64,000 nt of DNA. Source: Akkermansiaceae bacterium. GTDB lineage: Bacteria; Verrucomicrobiota; Verrucomicrobiia; Verrucomicrobiales; Akkermansiaceae. Every line of letters begins with the position of its first letter. Positions within the stretch are counted from its first letter, which is position 1. Below are positions 57,654 through 64,000 of this stretch, one piece after another. Location of the stretch: contig JBPOGF010000003.1 in assembly GCA_051251915.1 (NCBI GenBank), positions 64,001 to 128,000 on the forward strand, in the 5' to 3' direction. The translations under genes were made by a program, and so were the position numbers. The notes beneath the pieces were generated by a model. It was given only the letters and a program-made list of their open reading frames with translations. It was not told the origin of the DNA and did no database searches.

Positions 57654-59276
57654 TTGCTTGTGCTGACCTCTATTTCTAAATCTTCCCGAACGTATCTATC
57701 TCTCGCAGTTGTTTTGATTATAAGCAGTGTGCTGGCGAGTTTGTCTGGGACGGGTGAGTCAGCTTTGTTGCGGGCGTTGTGGCCGGCGTTGGTTGCGTTG
57801 TTGCTGACTTTGGTTACACATCAGGCGATTGTTGGGTTGTTGTTTGGGGCGTTGACAGGGGTATTGTTTTTGACTGGGGGTAATGTTTTCCGGGCGGTGA
57901 CGACACTTACGGAGGAGCATTTCTTTCCGGCGTTTTCAGGGTCGTGGCATGTGGGGGCGATTTTGTTTACGTTGATTTTGGGTGCGTTTGCTATGGTGAT
58001 TGAGAGGTCTGGTGGGTTTGAGACTTTGGCGAATAGGTTGTTGAGTAGGAAAAAGGGTGATGCGCAGCGGGGGCTGGAGGCGACTACGGCGGGGCTTGGG
58101 CTGCTTTGTTTTTTCGATGGTTTGGCGAATTCTTTGTTGTTGGGGAGAATAACGAAGCCGTTGGCGGATAAGTTACGGGTGCCGAGGGCGAGGTTGGCTT
58201 ATATTGTGGATTCGACTTCTAGTTCGGTGGCTTGTATTGCGTTTATTTCGACTTGGATTGCGACTCAGCTGTCGTTGATTGAGCAGTCGATTCGGCCATA
58301 TACGCAGGTGGAAGATAGCGCGTATCAGCTGTTTTTCCGGTCGATTCCGAATAATTTTTATTGTTTGTTTACGCTGATTTTTCTGGCCTTTGTGATTGTC
58401 CGAAAGTGGGACATTGGGCCGATGAAGCGGGCGAAAGCGGAGGAGGTGAATGAGTTGGAAGCTGGTTCAGAAGACAAGGTGATGACACCTGTTAGAGTAG
58501 TGCTGATCCCTATTTTTATTCTTTCTGTGGCGATACTGACTTTGTTTTACACTTGGGATACGGCGACGTTGTTCCCGATTACGACGGAGAAGTTATCTGC
58601 TGCCTTTAGTGGGAGTGCGGGGCCATATGCGTTGACTGTGGGGGCGTTGATTGGGTTGTTTGCGGCTTGTGTTTTCTTTCCTAAAGGCAAGCGTGGGGAG
58701 CTGTCTGAGACGGTGACTTCTGGGGTGGCTACTATGTTGCAGCCGGTTTTGTTGCTGGTGTTGGCATGGACTTTTGGGAGTGTGATTAGTGAGTTGGGGA
58801 CGGGTAAGTGGGTGGCTGCGGCGCTGGGGACGCATTTTCCGGTGAATTATTTGCCCGCTGCGATTTTTGTTACGGGAGCGGTTATGGCATTGGTGACGGG
58901 GTCGTCTTGGGGGACGATGGCGCTGTTGATGCCGATAGCGATTCCGGCGTATTTGGATTTAGCTATGGAGGCTGGGGGTGATGTTTCTTTGTTACCTGCT
59001 GCTATTGCGGCGGTGTTTAGTGGGGCGGTATTTGGGGATCATTGTTCGCCGTTTTCTGATACGACGATTGTGTCGGCTTTTGCTTGTGGGGTTTCGCCGC
59101 AGGAGCATGTGATGACGCAGTTGCCTTATGCTTTGATTGCGGCGGGGACGGCGCTTTTGTTAGGGTTTGTTGTGATTGCTAATGGGGTTTCGGCGGTTGT
59201 TGCGATTGTTTTAGGGACGGTTTTTCTGGGTGGGTTGAGTTTTTGGGCGACGCGACATTTGAGTTCTGCTAGATAG
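57654..59276 (+). CDS. Na+/H+ antiporter NhaC-family membrane protein
   Basis: FFDGLAN, AYIVDST, TGSSWGT, GAVFGDHCSPFSDTT, HVMTQLPYA. Confidence 0.88.
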   Translation: MLVLTSISKSSRTYLSLAVVLIISSVLASLSGTGESALLRALWPALVALLLTLVTHQAIVGLLFGALTGVLFLTGGNVFRAVTTLTEEHFFPAFSGSWHVGAILFTLILGAFAMVIERSGGFETLANRLLSRKKGDAQRGLEATTAGLGLLCFFDGLANSLLLGRITKPLADKLRVPRARLAYIVDSTSSSVACIAFISTWIATQLSLIEQSIRPYTQVEDSAYQLFFRSIPNNFYCLFTLIFLAFVIVRKWDIGPMKRAKAEEVNELEAGSEDKVMTPVRVVLIPIFILSVAILTLFYTWDTATLFPITTEKLSAAFSGSAGPYALTVGALIGLFAACVFFPKGKRGELSETVTSGVATMLQPVLLLVLAWTFGSVISELGTGKWVAAALGTHFPVNYLPAAIFVTGAVMALVTGSSWGTMALLMPIAIPAYLDLAMEAGGDVSLLPAAIAAVFSGAVFGDHCSPFSDTTIVSAFACGVSPQEHVMTQLPYALIAAGTALLLGFVVIANGVSAVVAIVLGTVFLGGLSFWATRHLSSAR

Positions 59277-59304
59277 GGGGGCTTGGTGCTTTGACCTGCG
59301 GTGC

Positions 59305-59402
59305 TGAACCACGAATAGCACTAACATTCACGTATGGTGGATGATGGAACGCTTGGGTTGATGGATTTTTTTTGAACCACGGAATGCACAGAAGGCACGG
59401 AA
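59305..59402 (+). repeat. Two copies of a short intergenic repeat with about 9-bp CAC periodicity
   Basis: tgaacCACgaatagCACtaacattCACgtat (59305-59335) and tgaacCACggaatgCACagaaggCACggaa (59373-59402). Confidence 0.6.
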
Positions 59403-59437
59403 CAGGATTGATGGGTAGGGAAGCTTGGGGAGATGGG

Positions 59438-59803
59438 TTATTTTAGTTCTATGCGGTAGAGGTGCATGGTGGTATTGCCTGTGTTTTGGATGCTGTAGTG
59501 GGGGCCGTGGGCGGGGGTCCAGTAGGCGCCTCTTGGTGGGGTGGCTTTGCTGACTATTTTGCCGGTGGCGTCACGGATGGTGCTTTGTGAGGTTTGGTGG
59601 ACGATGATGACGGCTGGGAGGTCGTGGTTGTGGAGGGGGACTTTTTCACCGGGTGGGAGGATGACTTCCATGACGCGGGTGCGGTCATTTTCGAGGATGG
59701 GATGGTGGCCTGCTGGTGCTGGCTTGAGGTGATGCTGGGTGCATGAAGTTAGGTACATGGCACCAAGTAGACTGAAGATAGAAATGATGCGTTGGAGGGG
59801 CAT
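59438..59803 (-). CDS. Cupin-domain lipoprotein
   Basis: Lipobox LTSC; ENDRTRV, LPPGEKVPLHNH, HYSIQNTG, YRIELK. Confidence 0.82.
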   Translation of the reverse strand: MPLQRIISIFSLLGAMYLTSCTQHHLKPAPAGHHPILENDRTRVMEVILPPGEKVPLHNHDLPAVIIVHQTSQSTIRDATGKIVSKATPPRGAYWTPAHGPHYSIQNTGNTTMHLYRIELK

Positions 59804-59813
59804 CGGTTAGGGG

Positions 59814-59954
59814 TTAGCAAGTGACGATGTTTGAGACGGTGTTACACTTTTGAATTTGGGGAATTACTTTATCATTTTCTGGTTGGGTGGTCTGGCAGGA
59901 AGAAAATGAGATGGCGATGATGACGGTGGTGAGTATTTTGATGATGGTTTTCAT
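59814..59954 (-). CDS. Small lipoprotein B (46 aa), below ORF-track cutoff
   Basis: MKTIIKILTTVIIAISFSSCQTTQPENDKVIPQIQKCNTVSNIVTC*; lipobox FSSC; paralog of 59981-60118. Confidence 0.8.
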   Translation of the reverse strand: MKTIIKILTTVIIAISFSSCQTTQPENDKVIPQIQKCNTVSNIVTC

Positions 59955-59980
59955 GGGGGGGAGTTCACCAGTTAGGCGTC

Positions 59981-60118
59981 TTAGCAGACGATCATTGGTC
60001 CGTGATCAGGATTATGAACTGGTGGGATGACATTATCGTTTCCAGATGGCATTGACTGGCAGGATGAGAATGCGATAGCGATGAGTGCACCGGTGACGAG
60101 TTTGATGATGGTTTTCAT
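59981..60118 (-). CDS. Small lipoprotein A (45 aa), below ORF-track cutoff
   Basis: MKTIIKLVTGALIAIAFSSCQSMPSGNDNVIPPVHNPDHGPMIVC*; lipobox FSSC; paralog of 59814-59954. Confidence 0.8.
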   Translation of the reverse strand: MKTIIKLVTGALIAIAFSSCQSMPSGNDNVIPPVHNPDHGPMIVC

Positions 60119-60140
60119 GGGTATTTTTATCTGATTATGG

Positions 60141-62417
60141 TTAATCTGTTAGGTTACTTTTTTTGATTCCTAGTTTTTCTTCGTATTCGAAGTTTGGTGG
60201 GAGGCCTGCTCTGAGAGCGTTGTTGTATGCTTCTTTTGCTTTGGTGGTCTCGCCTAAGACGTAGTGGATTTGTGAGAGGTTGAACTGTGCTTCTTTGTGC
60301 TCAGGGTCTATTCTTATCGCTTTGTTGAGGTATTCTTTAGCTTGGGTGTCATTACCAGATGCGTGGGCGATGAGTCCTAGGTAGATGTATGCATCTGTGT
60401 AGTCTGGGCGGATGTGGATGGCGGCTTCGAGTGATTTTTTAGCCATGACGTCATCGTTGGTTTTGAATCTGCAGTAGCCTAGCATGAAGTGGGTGTAGGC
60501 GTTGTTTTCTTTAAGTTGGGCGCCGTTTTCGAAGATTTCTTCGGCTTCTATGAACTCGCCGATCTGTGCGCGAACTACGCCTCGGTTGATGAAGAATGGG
60601 TAGTGGTGGCCGTGGGCGTCATAGGCTTGGTCAAAGACGTCTTTGGCGGTTTGTAGGTTGCCACTTTCTACGAATCGTTTGGCTAGTGATTCTAGTGATT
60701 CGATTTGGTTTTGGGATTTTACTTTGGCAATCGCTCTGGCCTCTGGTGAGGTGGCGCCGCTGGCGATGACGAATCTGTCTGTGTCTGCTTGTTCTTTTAG
60801 GATTTGGCTTTCTCTGGCTGTGAGCTTGACGTTGTTTTCTGTTAGGTTGACGATGGCATCGGTCAGCTCTGGGTTTTTGATGTTGGCTTTTTGATATTCT
60901 GCGATGAGTATTTTCTCGGCTTGTTTCCTTCTGTCTAGCTGAGTGGTGATGCGCTTGAGGGCTTCTTTGAGTGTGGTGACTTCTTCAGCTTGGAGTGGGT
61001 TACTAGGGCCACTGGCGATGCGCTTTTCTAGTTGTTCTTTGGTGACTCTGAGGTTGTCTTCTAGTGAGCCAATGCGTCTGATGTAGTTGGTGTTTTCTGA
61101 CTGGAGATCGATGATTTTTTTCTTGGCTACTGCTAGCTTGTTTTCTGCGATGATAATTTGATCCTGAGCGGCGTTTTGGTTGGTTAGGAGCTGTTTGATG
61201 GAGTTCTGAGCCTTTCGGAGTTCTTCACCTAGGCGGAGAGCTTCTTGGATAGTTTTCTTGGTGCGGTCACCGTCGCTGAGGTCGAGGAGTTCGGAGAGTT
61301 TGTCTCTTTCTAGGGTGACTGCGGCGAGGTTCTGGGTGAGTTCGGCATTGATGTCGTTGGCGTTTGTGAGCTGGGTGCGGAGGCCTTCGTTCTCAGCATT
61401 TAGCGCGGTGACTTGGTCGTTGAGTGCGGTGATCTGGGCGGCTTGTGCTTTGATTTGGGTGCGTAGTGCATTGACTACTTTGTGACTTGCCTTTTTGGAG
61501 TCTTCTAACAATTCCGTTTGTTTTTTGTAGGCACTTTCGGCTAGCTTGAGTTCTCCGAGTAGCTCGTCTCTTTCTTTGGCGAGGTTTTGGTGATTGGTGA
61601 GGAGCCTTTTGTGGACAGATACGATGCCGTCGAGTTCTGATTCAAGTCGTTGTTTGTCTTGGGCGAGTTTCTCGATGTCTTTTTTGAGTGGTGCTGTGGC
61701 GAGCTTGGCGCGTTCGCGGGTGAGTTGATCGAGTGTTTCGATGGTTTTTTGCTGAGCTGATCTGGACTGGCGTTCTGAGGATCTGAGCTGGTCTTGGAGC
61801 TTGCGGATCTGGTCGTTGAGGATCTGGGTTTGGGAGTTTTCCCCACCTAGTCCTTGGGCAGCTTTTCTGAGATTTGTTTGGAGCTTGTCTATTTCTTGGT
61901 TGAGCTTGGTGGTCTCAGCTTTGTGTTTGAGGCGTTCTTGGTTGAGGGCGATTTTATATTGTCTTTCTTTTGTTCCAAGGTCTTCGACGCGTTGTTGTTG
62001 TCTGCCGCTGAGTTGGGGTAAATTGGGGCTTGGGATGCCGTTTTCTGAGGTGTTAGACTCGATGTATTTTTTGTATTTTTCTTGTTTGGCGAGTTGCTCT
62101 TTTTCTGCGAGTGGCTGGACGCGTGTGATGCTTTCACCGGTGCTTTCTATGCGCATGGAGACGAGGGTTTGTTTCCAGTCTGGGTAGTTGATGTTGAGCG
62201 TCTTGTAGTAGCGGAGTGCTTGGTGGTATTTATTCCAGGCGTCTTGGTATTTCTCGGAAGCTTCTAACTTTTCTGCTTCATTGATGGCGTAGTATCCTGA
62301 GAGGAAGATGGAGCCTGGTCTCACTTTCTGGCCGGCGGAATCTTGCACTTGTGCATGACTGTAAGGGGTCAGCGCGAGTGTGGAGAATGTGAGTATAAAG
62401 AAGTAGAGTAGCTTCAT
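60141..62417 (-). CDS. Secreted coiled-coil and tetratricopeptide repeat protein
   Basis: Signal peptide, long heptad Q/E/K/L-rich region, C-terminal TPRs (AYIYLGLI, AQFNLSQIHY). Confidence 0.85.
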   Translation of the reverse strand: MKLLYFFILTFSTLALTPYSHAQVQDSAGQKVRPGSIFLSGYYAINEAEKLEASEKYQDAWNKYHQALRYYKTLNINYPDWKQTLVSMRIESTGESITRVQPLAEKEQLAKQEKYKKYIESNTSENGIPSPNLPQLSGRQQQRVEDLGTKERQYKIALNQERLKHKAETTKLNQEIDKLQTNLRKAAQGLGGENSQTQILNDQIRKLQDQLRSSERQSRSAQQKTIETLDQLTRERAKLATAPLKKDIEKLAQDKQRLESELDGIVSVHKRLLTNHQNLAKERDELLGELKLAESAYKKQTELLEDSKKASHKVVNALRTQIKAQAAQITALNDQVTALNAENEGLRTQLTNANDINAELTQNLAAVTLERDKLSELLDLSDGDRTKKTIQEALRLGEELRKAQNSIKQLLTNQNAAQDQIIIAENKLAVAKKKIIDLQSENTNYIRRIGSLEDNLRVTKEQLEKRIASGPSNPLQAEEVTTLKEALKRITTQLDRRKQAEKILIAEYQKANIKNPELTDAIVNLTENNVKLTARESQILKEQADTDRFVIASGATSPEARAIAKVKSQNQIESLESLAKRFVESGNLQTAKDVFDQAYDAHGHHYPFFINRGVVRAQIGEFIEAEEIFENGAQLKENNAYTHFMLGYCRFKTNDDVMAKKSLEAAIHIRPDYTDAYIYLGLIAHASGNDTQAKEYLNKAIRIDPEHKEAQFNLSQIHYVLGETTKAKEAYNNALRAGLPPNFEYEEKLGIKKSNLTD

Positions 62418-62527
62418 GGCTGGAAAGACTATGCATTTTATGCTTCTGGGTGAAGCAGAATTTTTGAGAAGTGTTTACATTCTATCGTGTTGATAGGAAA
62501 CTAGTTGTCCCATGTGGGAGGTTGGGG

Positions 62528-62600
62528 GCTCGGTTTTGGAGGTGGGTGTTACTTCTGAACTGGGCGATATGCCGCTGGTTTTTGGGGTATGACGCCTAGT
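62528..62600. repeat. Direct repeat, copy 1 (duplicate of the 3' end of the gene ending at 63775)
   Basis: 69/73 identical to 63754-63826 at a constant offset of 1226; 51-bp perfect core 62550-62600. Confidence 0.93.
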
Positions 62601-62651
62601 GTTTGTTCAATATGATCCTTGGAGGACAATTGATTTAGATAGTCTATGGTG

Positions 62652-62671
62652 TGGCCACCTCTCGGTGGCCA
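62652..62671. other. Hairpin downstream of the PEP-CTERM gene (possible terminator without U-tract)
   Basis: tggccacc-tctc-ggtggcca perfect 8-bp stem. Confidence 0.45.
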
Positions 62672-62737
62672 TTGTGGTCCTAAAAGTGAAATTTGGATTT
62701 TAGCGATGTTTTAAATATCGACTAGTGTAAGAAAAGA

Positions 62738-63574
62738 CTAATTGCGTCTTCTATGAGCAAAGCCCAATAATGTAGCTAGTGATATAAGCGCAGCTGAGGA
62801 TGGCTCTGGTACTACTGTAAAAGAACTGGCTCCATTATCTACCCATGTCACAGGTGATAGATCTGAATCATTAGTTTTCTCCCAATTTGCCGTGTTTAGT
62901 ATACTGGCTCTTATATCCTGAGCGGAACCTGCTGTTGAGCCAGTGTAGCGCACGTTATCCCATTCGTCGTCTTTTGTGGCAGAGTTACCCAAGGCAATGG
63001 CGTTAGTTCCATCAGTTAAGCCCGGGTATAAGTTACTATCATTTTGGTCTGGTGGAAAGCCACCGACACCAACTCCTGTTACGCCAACGGCATTCCAATC
63101 TGTAGTACTAGTTGTGAGTGCCCACAATGCTGTGAAGCCAAGGGTATCTGCAACATTAGAGTCTTGAAAGATAACCAACTGATCTCCTGAAGATGCTGGT
63201 GTTAATGAAGGATCTACGTCTTCAGAATACGCTGTATTAGGAAGGTGGGTATAACCGGATAGTAAGTTACCAGCTTCTACAGAATGGATTGTTCCTGCTG
63301 ATATGCCACCTGCCCCAACTGTTAAACGAATAAGACCTTCTGCTCTAAATGCTGAGGTATCATCATAGTAGCTAGCATCACTGAAGTATAATACTTCTCC
63401 TTGAGATATATCATTGAGAGCAACCCAAGAGAATGCATCACCAGTTCCAGGGCCATTAGAGTTTCCATCGGTATAATAGCCTATTATTGCTAGATCACCT
63501 ACAGTCACTGCTGCATGTGATACCGAAAATGTACTAGCTAGGCACAATAGTGTGTTTTTTACTGTTTTATTCAT
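62738..63574 (-). CDS. PEP-CTERM sorting domain protein with a divergent sorting signal
   Basis: Signal peptide ending SHA; C-terminus VPEPSSAALISLATLLGFAHRRRN. Confidence 0.88.
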   Translation of the reverse strand: MNKTVKNTLLCLASTFSVSHAAVTVGDLAIIGYYTDGNSNGPGTGDAFSWVALNDISQGEVLYFSDASYYDDTSAFRAEGLIRLTVGAGGISAGTIHSVEAGNLLSGYTHLPNTAYSEDVDPSLTPASSGDQLVIFQDSNVADTLGFTALWALTTSTTDWNAVGVTGVGVGGFPPDQNDSNLYPGLTDGTNAIALGNSATKDDEWDNVRYTGSTAGSAQDIRASILNTANWEKTNDSDLSPVTWVDNGASSFTVVPEPSSAALISLATLLGFAHRRRN

Positions 63575-63753
63575 GATATGGTTAGTTTAAATAAGGTTTT
63601 ATTAGTCTAATGATTAACGTTAATTTATTTAACTATCATGCTGTGCTTACCGTCAAGTAGAAACAACAGATCTATCCACAGTTATCCATAGCTTTCCCAT
63701 ACAATTAAGCTTCAGTTAAGTTGGTTTAAGCATTCATCCATGTATGGTGAATA

Positions 63754-63826
63754 GCTCGGTTTTGGAGCTGGTGGCTACTTCTGAACTGGGCGATATGCCG
63801 CTGGTTTTTGGGGTATGACGCCTAGT
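63754..63826. repeat. Direct repeat, copy 2 (last 16 codons, stop and downstream bases of the upstream gene)
   Basis: Matches 62528-62600 at 69/73. Confidence 0.93.
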
Positions 63827-64000
63827 TCTTGGTATTTGAATCCGCTGGGTAGTGGGTTGTATTCACCGGTTAGTGCGACGCTGCTGGTGGGGGAGATTTG
63901 TTTTTCCATGGCCATGCTCCAGTATGAGGCGTTGATGATGAGGCGGCGGAGGCCGGGGTTCTGGAGGTCACGTGCGCTGCCCATGGTGGATTGTAGGACG
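63775..64000 (-). CDS. C-terminal part of a gene entering from beyond the window (ThuA-like domain protein, tentative)
   Basis: ...STMGSARDLQNPGLRRLIINASYWSMAMEKQI...YNPLPSGF...PVQK*; resembles the C-termini of PVC ThuA-like domains. Confidence 0.6.
   Translation of the reverse strand, partial: VLQSTMGSARDLQNPGLRRLIINASYWSMAMEKQISPTSSVALTGEYNPLPSGFKYQELGVIPQKPAAYRPVQK

Noticed and set aside
59305..59402. Possible mini-CRISPR
   Set aside because: Only two degenerate, non-palindromic units and no cas genes in the window.
62528..63826. IS element or prophage remnant
   Set aside because: No transposase, integrase or terminal inverted repeats; 73 bp is much longer than a typical IS target-site duplication. 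Kept as an islet finding instead.

Overview
A 64-kb chromosomal segment, most likely from a marine member of the Verrucomicrobiota (Rubritalea/Verrucomicrobiaceae-like). This is inferred from four PEP-CTERM proteins of the VPEPSSTALLGLGGLALILRRRK type, a Verru_Chthon-cassette-A-like protein, a DUF6288-type protein and a sulfatase. Housekeeping genes (glpK, folA, ppk1/ppx, purB, glnD, sucAB, modABC-like) alternate with secreted and surface-protein genes. I found no rRNA, tRNA, CRISPR array, integrase or transposase. The most notable signals are: (1) two unannotated tandem paralogous 45-46 aa lipoprotein genes ending in Cys, between a TPR/coiled-coil gene and a lipoprotein cupin; (2) a 1226-bp integrase-free islet carrying one PEP-CTERM gene, bounded by a 73-bp direct repeat that duplicates the 3' end and stop codon of the neighbouring gene; (3) a GAFTGA-less NtrC-like two-component system with two 17-bp candidate operators 31 bp apart; (4) a secreted protein with metallothionein-like and histone-H1-like tails; (5) a Ppx with substituted catalytic motifs upstream of ppk1; (6) a GT87-like/GT2 fusion in a DUF547-GT2 cluster. 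All family assignments come from motif recognition by eye, not database searches.
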